A stretch of 62,202 nt of DNA, the filler included. It is 5 parts of 5 records of this genome, joined end to end, with 100 filler letters (N's around TTAATTAATTAA, not from the genome) between each part and the next. Parts side by side here need not be neighbours in the genome. Positions count along the whole stretch, not along the records: positions 31,065 to 56,822 come from SRR20825019_1946; positions 56,923 to 62,202 come from SRR20825019_1984; 3 more parts are not named here. The stretch is one strand, 5' to 3'. Below the pieces are notes generated by a model. The model was not told where the DNA came from. It was given only the letters and a program-made list of their open reading frames with translations, and did no database searches. Shown here one piece after another: positions 44,926 through 57,273 of the stretch. Within the stretch, counting starts at the first letter, position 1; the number at the start of each line of letters is the position of its first letter. The position numbers were made by a program, and so were the translations under genes.

Positions 44926-47313
44926 TTAGCTTGCTTGGCTTCTTGCTCGCCTGCCATGTCTTGCCACACGGCTTGGGCTACTCGCATCAACGTTCTTGCT
45001 GCTATAGGCAAGAGAGTACCATTCCATATTCGGATCACGCTGTGGGACGCGCGGTGGAGCTCTAATGGGAGAACCTTCCTCCCCCTGCCCACCAAAGATG
45101 TTTGTTTTGGTAGGTGAATACGTTCCCACATGTCGCCCGTGCTGGGCAGCATAGGTTTCTCCAAAGGCACTCGTGAAGCCGGACGCAGGAGCTTCTGCAG
45201 CCGCGCCCCATCTTTCAGCCTCCCAAGTGAGTACATTACTATCTTGAGGTTTCCTCTGCCTTCTTCCATGAGGCGATGGCGAGATGTTGTGTAAGATTGG
45301 TTTCGTGGGGCTATCTGACTTCACCGGGCTTGGCAATAATTCAGGAGTACTCTCCTCACCACAAATGTGGTCAGCCCACCCCTTGCAATCACTCGAGCAA
45401 AACACCTCTAGCTTGTTACAGTGTCGGCATGGCTGTTAGCAAGAGTAAGGCAGGCTGAACGGAAGCTACACTGACAAAGCCCACGACCAACCTTCAAGTC
45501 GACGCGATAAGGTGCCCCCGATGGTCTAATACCACAATAGAAGCACTTTTCCAAATCCGTCGCAGACTTGTAGCCTGGAACATCTCCAGTAACCATTGTG
45601 GGTGGAATATCTGCCAATGTGTTGTGCAGAGCCAGTACAGTGGGCTAAATCTCGACGTCAGCACAACACTATTGTCATGGCTATGTCCAACATACCTGAA
45701 ATGGGGTCACCTTGACAATTGGCCACAACCTGTACATCGCTTTCTCCGCACGCCGGGCCTTTGATACAAAAAATGTTGCTCGTGCTCGATTGTCTGCAAA
45801 TTTGTTCCATGGCCGTGGTGCTTCAAAATCAGTTGCTCCTGGAAGTAACCTAGTGTCGGCATTCACCGCAGAGATTGCCGCTGCTGTAAACATTAAGCCA
45901 GCGAATCCATGATGAGTCAGGGGTGCTAGCTCCATGAATTGACAACAATGCTCATAACACATTTTCCATCGTCCCTGCATCATCTGTCAGCACATTCCCA
46001 ACTTGTGCTCCATAATACCAACCTGATCTGCTGCGGTGTTTGCTATTAGCTCGGAAACTTCAAGCTGTAAACAGCCATCCATTTCATAGCTCAATTCAGT
46101 CTCTTTGTAGGAACCCAGAGTTTTCTCGTTGCGATGTGATTGTTTTTCATACTCGTAGTCTCGCAGAATTCTGTGGTCAGTTCCAGGGATGTAACGACGC
46201 GGAGGCTGCGTGCTAGCCACTCCGTACTCATTCTTGTATTGCCTTGGAGAGGGAGAGCGATTCATCGTTGCATTTGGATACCTGTTATGGAAGTCGTCTT
46301 TCAGTTTGCGGTGCACTTCCTTTGCTGTGTACAGGTTCCGAAGAACTTTTCTAACTGCTCGCTCCCCGGCACCCATTCCCCTTTCATCGTATTTTTTGAG
46401 AATGCAAGTCGCATGTAAAAACAGAAGCCAAGGGTCATTGGGAAACAATTCAAGTGCACTACTAAACATTTTCTCGGCCTCGGAACACCGACCGCCCTCA
46501 GCCATGATGGCATACGATCGCACAGTGATAGCATCCCGACTACGTGAGTCTTTGTTCCTAAGTACATTTTCGGCGAGTGATACTACGTTTTGACATAATG
46601 CAACTCGTCTTTCTCCGAGAGTGAACATCACCCAGTCACACGCCCCCTTACACTGGCGAAGAGCAAGGGCTAGCTCAGTGCACTTAAGCGCGGCAATGTC
46701 TTCACTGTCCCTCCACCCCGTTTCATCCCGTTCAATGACTCCGGTTGTCACCTGGTCTTTCCATACCCTTCCTGCACGCACAAATGCTTTCCAGTAGTGG
46801 CTCGAGACTTGATCTTCTGTCAAGAGTTCGTTCCATAATCGTACGTTCTTCTGAGGAAGACTCAGGGGATCGTCACCCCCAAGAGTCTTAACGCCAGCCT
46901 GGCCACTGACACTGTACGACTTCACCAGTGCTTGAAATGCGACTTCTCGAGTAACTTCGCTTAGGCCAGGACGAACAAGGAACTCTAGCAAGCACTGCTG
47001 AATCTCAGAGTGTCCACTTGCAGCTGGGGAAACGCTACCATCTATCTGTTCAATTAAGTCGAGTAGGATACTGACGTGCTGGCCCTCATGAGCACCAAAC
47101 AAAGAGCGTGCGAGCCGATTTGGAGCCATTGCTAGACTCTTGTGCTATTGTTTATAAACCATTTATAAACCATTTATAAACAAAAAGCTTTGAAAAGACC
47201 TGGTTCTCCATTCGTACCGGACCTGGAAACTTGTTCAGCGATTCTGATGATGGAGAGTCTCTCCGTCCGCCAAGTCTCTGACTATCCATGGATGGCGGTG
47301 TTGAGCTAGCCAT
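44926..47313 (-). CDS. Hypothetical helical/TPR-like protein with a degenerate MYND-like Zn finger, spliced
   Basis: EAEKMFSSALELFPNDPWLL (TPR-like); CFYC...FCSSDCKGWADHIC; 5' exon from 47313 joined in frame by intron 47145-47199. Confidence 0.55.
47151..47181. repeat. 11-nt tandem repeat (ATTTATAAACC) x~3 inside a predicted intron
   Basis: TTTATAAACCATTTATAAACCATTTATAAAC. Confidence 0.9.
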
Positions 47314-47519
47314 AGTATCTGTCTGATTGACTACATGAGTAGCAGCTTCGATGCTTTGTTGGTGACGGATGCGTACCGTCCTGGCTCTGCGGGGGTGACG
47401 ACTTTGGCCATGACCGCGCCTTTCAGACCTGACACTGGCGACCGTAAACCCGGCACGCCCCGGGGAGCTGCGTTGCGGTGACTCACCATGACCGCCGGCA
47501 GTGGTCGACACTAGGACAT

Positions 47520-48245
47520 CCGTCACAGCGGCCCCTGCCCCCAGCCGGCTGCCCGGCCCCGGACGCCAGCCGGCGGCACAGTTGCCCGCCCCCGTGACGT
47601 CGGCCAGCACGTAAGGCCACCGCGTGTACACGCGGCGCTGTGCGGCGCCGGAAGCCTGGCCCGGCTGGCCGGCCCGTCATCCTGGCTCCCGGTCGCGGAT
47701 CAAGTTCAATCTCCCGGCTATCTCGCTGCTCACTCCGTCCCCCAAGGAGGAGCAGTGCCTGGCGACAGAATGGCAAAACTGACACACGTGTCAATTAAGG
47801 CCGCCGGGGAGGCTGGCCGCGGGCCCCGTGACCGTCCACTCACGGTTGACTCGGAGGCCGGGCCGTGCCGCCGGCGGGTACCCAGCGCCCGCCTCGCCCG
47901 GGTCGGCCAGGCCGGCCATGGGCCCCCCGGGGCCGGGCCACCGCGCCTCCGCCGTGGCCCGCGCGCCGGCGAGCCGGCCGACCGGTCGGGCGTCAGCGCC
48001 GGCCCGGGTGGGCCAGCCCCATGCGGCGGATCGGGGCCCGGCCTGGGCCTCGCCGCGCGGCTCGCCGCTCCGCTCTCGGCGTGAGACTGAGAGCGGCGGG
48101 GCGGCGGCCCCCCCGAGTTGGGCCGGCCGGCGGCGGCCTCACTCACTCAATTGCACTGGAACCATAGTGTGGGCCACCGGGCCGGGGTCAGTGAGTGGCC
48201 ACGATCGAGCGTGTGAACGGCACGGCGGCCGAAGTGGCGGTCGGA
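47520..48245. promoter_or_regulatory. Ultra-GC-rich island between divergent genes
   Basis: GC-rich block dense in GGCCGG/CCGGCC, between starts 47313 (-) and 48352 (+). Confidence 0.6.
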
Positions 48246-48351
48246 GATCAGCGTGCAGTACCGACCTTTGTGTAAACCAGTCGAAGCTCCTCCAACAAAT
48301 TAAACCTCATAAAATCTTGAGGCTGACTACAGTCAAATACAAAGCTTAAGA

Positions 48352-49325
48352 ATGAGGCATCCCGACTATGTAGCGAAAAGGGTTGCAGACTGGGAGGCTC
48401 TCACCTCTCAGGGGAGCTGGTTGGTATTTGTGGGGAGACTGACTGACTCGGCGCGAACTGTCTTTGCATTGATGGAGAAGGACACCAACCCTTTCTATCT
48501 ATCATCCTCAGAGTACGGCCTCGTGATATCTCTAGGTGATGTTCTACTAGCTAACCGGCGCGTATGTGCAGTTGGGTGGTACGGGCTCATCATATCGAGC
48601 TTTTTGTGAATCCTCAGGTGCATTTTTCTCCCATACTGAGCATGACTACCGAAGTTGACTGTTCGACCCTGGCAACGCATGTTGGTCGGACATCTCTCAC
48701 ACTTGAACATGAAGTACGAGACGTGACGGCAGGAATCGTTGACGGAGTGCCCCCGGAGTATGTGATCCACTCCACTGTGACCAAGCCTGCAGCACCTTGT
48801 GTTTTAGCACGGATGCGCAGTACAATATGTCTTGTTGACGAGAAGACTCAGTCAGCGGCTCCATTGACTAATCCTGAGCTCATGAGAGAACATTGCAGAC
48901 CGTCCATTATGTCCTCCGCTTCACTGCAGAAGGTTGAACCTTTCAATCCTCCTTCCGAGAATGCGGACGGAAATGTGCATGTTCACGAATTCGTTGTCAG
49001 GCCCAGTGATTGCGACGGCCTCTCTCACATTAACAATGCTACTTACTTCGCCCTGTTCAATAACGCTCGGATTGACCGCCTCACTTCGCTCCACAAAAGG
49101 TCTTGGCAGGAGCTTCACATAAAGTCAGCACTGTCGCACGTCTACATCGAGTATATGGGTCAGCCAGGTGCTGGGGAGAAGCTGTGCATTCTGTCTTGGA
49201 CTGAAGATGAAAGTGATGATATCTTTATGGCAATGCTGCGCAATGAGAACAAGCAGATAATCTCCAGATGCCGCATGACTTCAATGGACAGTGCATCTAA
49301 CCAGATCCAAGCCTCACGGTTGTAA
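48352..49325 (+). CDS. Double hot-dog acyl-CoA/acyl-ACP thioesterase; 5' exon structure uncertain
   Basis: HVGRTSL in the first hot-dog; VRPSDCDGLSHINNATY in the second. Confidence 0.72.
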
Positions 49326-49351
49326 TATGAATGGCAGACCCTGAAAGTGGA

Positions 49352-52255
49352 TTAAGGGCGATACAATATGAGGTCTCTATTGGCAAGATAGTAAGTCACG
49401 GCGCCCATTGATCGCATATATCACATCATACCTCAGATATGTGACTTGTTCTTGGAGTTCAAATATCCTCAGGCCAGATAGCCTAGACATAAGCTTGTAC
49501 AGTGCAAGACAAGGGCCAGGCTGGATTTTTTCTATCTTTGCAAAAGTGTCTAGATGAAGTCTATAAATCTCACAGTATCCCTCGGCAACTACATCACTAG
49601 GAGTTCGTCGAGTGGCAAGACTTGATGCACCAAAAGCCGCAGGTGCAAAGACACGCTTCTGCCTGTACTCTAGCTGCATATTTTGATCAATTACACGTCT
49701 GGGTTAAATAAATGTACGGACCTTTCCAGTTTTAGGATCCTCAATGTGATTCGAATGGCAAATGACGCCAAGTCTTATGAAGGCAATATAGTGCATTTCC
49801 TGCCCTTGAGAGTACCAAACATCTCCGTCATTAAGCTTAATCAACTCAACATAAGGCCACAGTGAAGACAACTCCTCGGAAACGTTGGGGACAATCGCAT
49901 CAAACTTCTGCATAAGCGAAGTGAAATCCGCTATCCCCTTTTCTTCACTTTCCGCAAGCTTGATTGGCTTGACTATAGGGGAGAGTTCATGGAGCCCTGG
50001 AGTAGCGAGCAAGTTGTCACTTGAGAGGGACGTTGACAACTGCAACCTATTTGATGACAATTGTCGTGATGTAGATGCCTGTGGAAAAGCGTTATCGACA
50101 TTTTCGGATATACGTTGTTGAGATGGTACTCGGGCATGGTGCTGGCTCGACAAGTATTCCTTTCCAAGAACATTGTATAGTATCATCTCCTCACAATGCT
50201 CAAGGCCATGGTCCATATCACCGTTAAACCGCACCTTTGAGTCAACACCAGTGCGCATCAATGCTCGTTGATGACGTTGGGTTGCTGCTGAAATAATCAC
50301 ATGAACCCTATAAACATCATGTCCCAGTTGACAAGCCTGCTGAATCTGCAATGCAGCAGAAGAATCCAACTCATTGACAAAGGCGAAATCCAAAATTAAA
50401 AACTGCTGTTTCCTCGAGTTCTTGTTGGTTTCCCAGATCGAAATAAGCTCGTTAGTGATTTTTGGCACACTACAGAAAAAGAGGTAACCCTGCAACCTCA
50501 CAATATGGATTGCATCAGTGTTGTCATCAAGAATTGAGTTGTGACTCATGGGTCGATCGACATGGCTACGACGCTTGACAGTTCGACCAGATTTGTAGGG
50601 CCTAATACCATTGAAATGCACAGACTTTTTCAGGTATAGGATGAGTGACAGCAACGAACCGACAGCAACTCCCACAGGAATGTCCCATGGCGTCTCTACC
50701 ACGAGCCCCATCCCGGCCGTGATTAAAAGAATACCATACTCGGACTTGCTCATACGCCGCGCAGAGCGGATCATCCATTCCATTGTGATATCGGTCCCAG
50801 TATCCACCAGCAATGCTCCAAAGACAAACCTGGGGATATACTTGATATAAGTACTTCCTGTGATTGCAAATATCGCACATCCAAGGACCTATTCGGAAGG
50901 TTAGCTAGTGGTATATAAGGGTTTTGCATGACTTACAGCGATTATTGTTGGTACTCTCGAGGATGCATTATTCTTGACATTGATTGTAATCATACCAAGT
51001 GCTTGTGTAGATGTAATAAACCCTCCCACAAGCGACGCCAAGACATTGCTATAACCGAGCAACATTACGCTATGACGATAATCAATCTTCTTCTTGGTGG
51101 TTCGTTCAACCCCAGCAAGCATCAACGAAATCTTGATCAAGAATAGGGCGCACATTACCACACTTGTTGTAAAGGTTGCTCGCACTGCAATATCCCATTG
51201 CACCGATCGAAATGACAAAACTCCGAAAGACTCAAAGAGTGTATGGCCGCCTTCAGGCACCTCCAGGAAAATATGGTGATGTGAACCAGCGTCACCATAC
51301 GAAATGCCAAGAATGAAGAGTGTCAAATAGGCAATTGCTGATGACACCACTACCAAACCAAACTTTCCAAAGAGGGCAACAGACGACGGTAATTTCGTAG
51401 TAAGGCGAAAACCAGCTGACAGCAAGATAGTGGGAAGCATTAAGATGAAAGCCTGGCGAAGTCCATCCAAAGAATTGAATGCCTCTGCAGGAGTTTCACC
51501 GCAAGCCATTGAAAACCCTCCTGGATGTTTGTGAGCACATAATATATTTGATAACTTCAGTCACAAACCTTTGTATAACATGAGTCCAATGCTAACGACG
51601 AATCCGGCCGTAACAGGATAGGGAACGAAAGCAGCCACTTTGGATACCCCTAACCAGGTCGCTATCATCAATACCAAACCAGCAAATACCCCAGTCAAGA
51701 CGAGAGCAGCTATTGTGGTTGACAATACAACCTCTTCTGAAGAGGAGTAAGTCAAGGCATTGTCTGCTGCAGATGAAGCTATGCCAGACAAGAAGAATGT
51801 CAAAAATATGTCGGGTGCCGTATAGTCCATATGCGTTTTGCTGTCAAGAAAGTAGTTTCAGCGAGAAAATATCATGGTTCGCCGCCCTCATACCTTCTAA
51901 ACACCACAAATACGTTTACAACTACTCCACTAATACCCAGAGCAAAAAAACCAAGGTTTACGTGTGGAAGCAGCCTTTCATGAACAAAGATTAGCTGTAC
52001 AATACTCACACCTGCGACCAGGACCAGAGCAACACAAAATATGCCAGAGAATACGTTCACAAGAATAGACTTGAGAGTCCAGGTTTCAATTATATCGTCT
52101 TCATAGCTGGATATCTCCCGTACCGATGTTTCAAGAACACCCTTGTAGGGAAGATAGCCCTGGCTTGGCGAGTCCATATCCTCACCCTGAAGTTGAGAAT
52201 ATCTCTGGCGAGCTACAGTGGACTTTGCTGCCTTTACCGACTGGAAGGTGTCCAT
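49352..52255 (-). CDS. SulP/SLC26 transporter with STAS and cNMP-binding domains (yeast Vsb1-like architecture), spliced
   Basis: FVPYPVTAGF, multiple TMs, IVRLQGYLFF..LILDFAFVNELDSSA (STAS), DMDHGLEHCEE, cNMP-like C-terminus; last intron 49377-49431 gives stop at 49352. Confidence 0.82.
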
Positions 52256-52329
52256 CCCTTCGTTTCATGGAAAAGTGCGGTGCACTAGATGACCTTACGG
52301 CGCACGGCACATAAATATAAGACACACCC

Positions 52330-53085
52330 GGTGGCCCCTTGTCCGGCCCCTGTTCGCGCCGCCGGATGGTAGTGATGGTGGCGCACTCTGCTGCTGCCGG
52401 CCGGGGAGCCGGCCGGCGCCGGCGGTGCCGGGCTCGCCGGCCGCTCAGCTTCAGTTGGGCAGCGGCGAGCCAGGGCCGCGGTGACCCGGCTTCCATTAGT
52501 GCGCGCCCCCCGGTGCCGGCCCCGCGGCCCGGCCCTCCGCGCGCACTTGCGGACGTCGGACCCGGGGCGGCCCCGGGCGCCGGCCCCCGCCCGGCCCGTG
52601 AGGCGCTCCGCGGCGGACCGGAGGCACTCTGAGAGATGGCGGCGCGCCGGCGCGCCGCGGCGCCCGGGCAGCCCCCGGCGCCGGTCCCCTCAGGCAGTCG
52701 GAGACATAATGATTAGAAGTCTCATTTTGGTGTCTAGAGGGAACTTTCTCAAAACTCGGCTGTTCAAGCCGGGTGTCATCGATGCAATCTCAATCTCGCG
52801 GGCGCCACCAAAAGGTGGCTGGCGAAGTGACTCGGCGGCCTGCTGCACAGAGTGCCCGAGCGAGGGTGCCTCCATAAACGGCACTTTATCCTGCTATGAT
52901 CAAGACTTTCCGGAACTCGGGTCTGCCGATGCCAAATTCGGTGACCGGACTGGAGGGCCCCCAAACCGGGGATCAGCCGAAGTCGATCCGGCGATCAACC
53001 GCGGCCCGGGGGCCCCGGGCGCACTGGCGCCCTTGACGTCCCTACGGGCCGCCGACCCCCGATCTACTGATTGACCCGGGGCGCT
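52330..53085. promoter_or_regulatory. Bipartite GC-rich island between divergent SulP and p25alpha genes
   Basis: GC-rich blocks 52330-52690 and 52990-53085 around a hairpin-rich core. Confidence 0.55.
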
Positions 53086-53457
53086 CCGCTAGACTTCCAA
53101 ACCAGCTCCGATCTCCAAGAAGCCGCCAGGGACTAGCGCTGGTGACATGCTCATGACCCCATGACCGCCAAGATCATCTCAGCCGTCAGTAGCCCTAAGC
53201 GGCTCTTTGGGGTTACCACTACCCGCTAAAAGGGTCTAGTAGGTTCAAGTTCTGTGCTATCAACTCTTTCGTCTTGCATGGTTTTGGCGCGAACTCTCAG
53301 TGTGCCTCTCTCAGTCTATTCAGCATGATGGTACTATTGTGACCACAACTTGTCATGCAGTCTGAACACGAGGGCCAAACAGGGGCCATACTCATCACTA
53401 CAAATGACAACATTGTGTTGTTAGGATTCCACTCGATAGGTTTCAAGGTGAAGGGGA

Positions 53458-56059
53458 ATGGACAACAGTCTCCTCAAAGAGGCTTTCTATTCATTCGCCT
53501 CGTATGGTAGTGCTTTCTGCGTTCAGGAGGTATCTTTGTAGGTTGCAAAATATACTTGACTGAGCTGAGTGCCTGTTCTCATAATAGATAAGCAACTCCA
53601 ACTTCACCAAGCTTGTCAAGGAATGCGGTCTCGTGCACCCAAAGAAGTTTCCTTTGTCGGAAGCCGACGTACTCTTCGCACAACTTCGTCGCCGTAAAGG
53701 GGTGAGTAACCCGTATCCGAACAAAAACGCAGGTCACAAACAATCATTCAGGAGAGAAAAGTTAGGTATTCGCTTTTTGTGGAGGGTTTGCATGAAGTTG
53801 CCAAGAGGCTTCAGAAAGACCTTGAGGTAGCTTGCGGCATACGAATTGTACACTTGTATTCTGAACAATGTAATCAGGATGTCATAGAGAAAATCATTGC
53901 ACAAAGCCATCAAGCCACGAAGACTGCTCCTACCTTTGACAAAAGGTTTGGAGATTTCCTCGACGCACATTCGAAGGAAAATGGAAGTAATGACGAAGAT
54001 TCCGAGGAAGCTTTCGTACCTCCACTCCCAGGTAAGAGCAATAGCAGTTGTTACTGATTGTGAAACTTATTGCCGGTTTGCTGTAGCCCCCAAACCCCGA
54101 AATTTATCATCACCTATGCCTCGAATTGACGAGGGGGTAGCCTCCGAAGATACTGTATCCAAACAAAGCATTTCACTCCCTGGAAGCCGTGCCCAGTCCC
54201 CAAATAAGCTGTGCCCAGGTGAACAGGAACGAACGCCAGTGTTAGCTCGTTGAACTGACTCCACTTAAAAGACGTTGGTCCGATTCTGACCACAAGAAGA
54301 GCACACAATCGCAACCTTAGCATTGCAGTCAGAAATTCTCTGGGTTCTCCTCCATCTAGCCGCTCCCCTTCGCCAGTGAGGGATCTTGATGTTAGTGCCT
54401 AACAACATTGCGTATATTGATTGATTGACAACAAATCATACCAGAATGACGACTCTCCTGTTGAGATTGTTAGAATATCTGATTTACAAACGGTTGATAA
54501 GTCGCCGACAGCTCGTGGACGTCGGTTCCGTCGACCCTCTATGCTTTCAGTGGTAACGTCAAGCATCGTCATGTTGATGAAGCAAACTAATAATATCAAA
54601 ATGCAGTCAACTAGCCCAAAAGGAATGGCTGTGCCAACAAACACCGAGGATGTACCCACATGGGCGCGATCTACGCAGCGACGAAGATCCGAGCCAGTAG
54701 CGCTTTCTCCTCTCGGTGAACGAAATAGATCTGGCTCGAGTTCAAATTCGCCATCATCCTCCGCCAATTCCAATAGAAGGTTGTCGCTTCCTGCAGCGTT
54801 TTCACAGGAGTATAAGCCCATTCCTAAAGGGTAAAAACGCTTTAGAAAACAGTGGGAGCAATACATGCTGACGGATATACAGGTTGCGAGCAGGAATTGT
54901 ATCTGATGATATTGAGGATGAGGAGGATCTCTTCTTTTGGTATACCAAAAATGATGCTCGCATGACGTCTGGTCAGGTACGTTCATGTCGGGCTATCGAA
55001 CCTCAACATCATGGTGATTGATAAGAATCTAGTGGGTTCGGTTGGTGTCGGACAGTGCGATCTTCAGCGCTCGTGGGTTGACAAAGGCGGATGCACAATG
55101 CGTTTTCTCTCGCCTCTCTTCAAAAGTCGATCGGAGAATTACTTTCAGTAATGTGGGCTTATCAATTCTGGTGCAATTTTGTTTTGTGCTTAGCTCGACT
55201 GATGCAGTTCATGATCGCTATTGATTGCTTAGCCGAAAAAAAAGGTGTCGAGGCGAGGTTGTGTGAGTATCTTCCATTCACGAACAGAAATTGATTTCTC
55301 ATTTTCTCACTCAATCCATCGATTCCATACAGTACGAGAATGGATGCTTCAGGAATGCCGAAGATGCATTGCACAACGGAAAAATGACAGAGCAGAGGAT
55401 AACGAAAGGTTAGTAATCACAAGAGTTTTTGGTGTGTTTTGACTCTAATGCTGGAGTCAACATAGGGCCCGTCGCCGATCTGTACTAGCCAATGATAGGT
55501 CAAAACACCCCCGCGAGCAAAGGGGTCACATTAATTTTGTTGAAATTACCATCCCTGACGCCTCTCCGTCCACGCTCAAAGATCTTCGATGGAAGGAAGG
55601 CGTCCCTGAGATTAGTTTACATTCTGCCTTCCTATCGTTTGTGTAAGCTTAAGAATCCTCAGATGCTACTGTCGTGATGGTGTGCTAATTTTAATATCGC
55701 GTCGCAGGCAACCTGCCGAAATGATGGATGGTCTTCAGTTTCTTCACCTCTTGGAAGAAAGTGATCTCGTAGACAGTGATAGCTTTACCAGAAACCATGT
55801 TGATATTGTATTTGCAAAATCCAAGCAACAAGGTGAAAGGAGGCTCCGCTTTGAGGATTTCGAAAGGGCACTTTCAGATGTTGCAAGAAAGAAGGCACGA
55901 GTGCTCGATTGTGCTTTTCTGTGAACACGGACGCTAATAATGTTTTCGCAGGCTATGGAAGAAGAAGACCTTCGGGCGTATATGACTTCCTATATGGGGA
56001 ACTTATCAACGAGCACGCACGCACACATCAGCGTGGGTCTGAAAGTCTCACCACTTTAA
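53458..56059 (+). CDS. Multidomain protein with three short-type p25alpha/TPPP domains, many introns
   Basis: LKEAFYSFASYG...E|ISNSNFTKLVKECGLV...EADVLFAQL; WVRLVSDSAIF...DAQCVFSR...RITFSN|FMIAIDCLAEKKG; MDGLQFLHLLEESDLV...VDIVFAKSK...LRFEDFERALSDVARKK. Confidence 0.78.
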
Positions 56060-56822
56060 AGAATCAGTTCTTCCAAGAGGAAAGGAAATCAATATTTATT
56101 CGGCGTCGTGGTTTCGGCAACAAAGAATGGACGAATGCACCAGATTAAAGGATGCAGCCTCTGTCGCTCGAACGACTATCCGTTGAGTCACCAGCAATGA
56201 AAGCATGTGGTTCAGGCTCGACCACTCGCTCTGTTCAAGCCTTTGGATTGATGTCAATACGAATGGGAATGTGACCCGTTATCGTGAGGTTTGAGGTTGA
56301 CAATGAAGTCAAGTCCAAACGATGCATTCCGGCAACAATACCGGCATCAAGTGCAAAAGGCCTTGCTTTATATGGTGTGGCTAAGTAAATCCAATTTCAA
56401 CATTTACATGTCTCTGCGCAATGTACACCTTCACATGACTACAATCGTCTGGCTGGTGTCTTACCGAAGGCAGGAAGTGGCTTCGTGGTTGATGGAGGGG
56501 TGAGTGGAGTGGTATATGATAAGTGTTACATAAGTCCACGAATGATGGAGTGGCGTCTTTCCCTCTTCCCGATGAGCAATCCTGCTGTACACACTAATTG
56601 ACAGCGAACGTTGAATGGGAGAAACATGGGGCAATGGTCAAACAGCTGAATTACATGACGTAAAAAGACGTCTGTACTCTCTCACCTTGTATCTCCGTTG
56701 ATACTTGAATGTCGGTACCTGCCCTCAGTGATCGAATATTTGCCGCAGCGGGTCATACACGAAAGTGCGCCATACTTACAACCATCAATTGCCCAGTTCA
56801 TTCCACCGTTTTGGAGTCCAGT

Positions 56823-56922
56823 NNNNNNNNNNNNNNNNNNNNNNNNNNNNNNNNNNNNNNNNNNNNTTAATTAATTAANNNNNNNNNNNNNNNNNNNNNN
56901 NNNNNNNNNNNNNNNNNNNNNN
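56823..56922. other. Artificial contig-joining spacer
   Basis: N44-TTAATTAATTAA-N44. Confidence 0.99.
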
Positions 56923-57195
56923 TGCTGGACCTTCAGCCATCATATCTGGGCACTCGAAGCAGCCCGTGCTGGACAAGGCATTGTTGCCAGCACCGATGTG
57001 ATCGCCCGCAACTTTGTGGAACGCGGGGAACTGGTCTTGCTTAATTTCCCCGATTTCGTATCGCACTGGTGGTATCGCCTGCTGATACGCCCGGCCCGTG
57101 AAAAAGACCCGGCCGTCATCGCCACCGCCAACTGGATCCGCGAACTGATCAATCCACATACGGCGTCGCTGAAAGGCAAAATGCTTAAAAAATGA
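56923..57195 (+). CDS. LysR-family regulator, C-terminal fragment (5' truncated)
   Basis: FSHHIWALEAARAGQGIVA...VERGELV, GcvA-like substrate-binding domain end. Confidence 0.75.
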   Translation, partial: CWTFSHHIWALEAARAGQGIVASTDVIARNFVERGELVLLNFPDFVSHWWYRLLIRPAREKDPAVIATANWIRELINPHTASLKGKMLKK

Positions 57196-57273
57196 TCTGC
57201 CAGACAGAATTCACCTAATCTGTATTTCTAATACGACCAAATCATTGGCTGGATATTGAACAGAACGGAAGCT

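Noticed and set aside
53200-53270. tRNA-like GGTTCAAGT sequence
   Set aside because: No T-stem or cloverleaf can be formed
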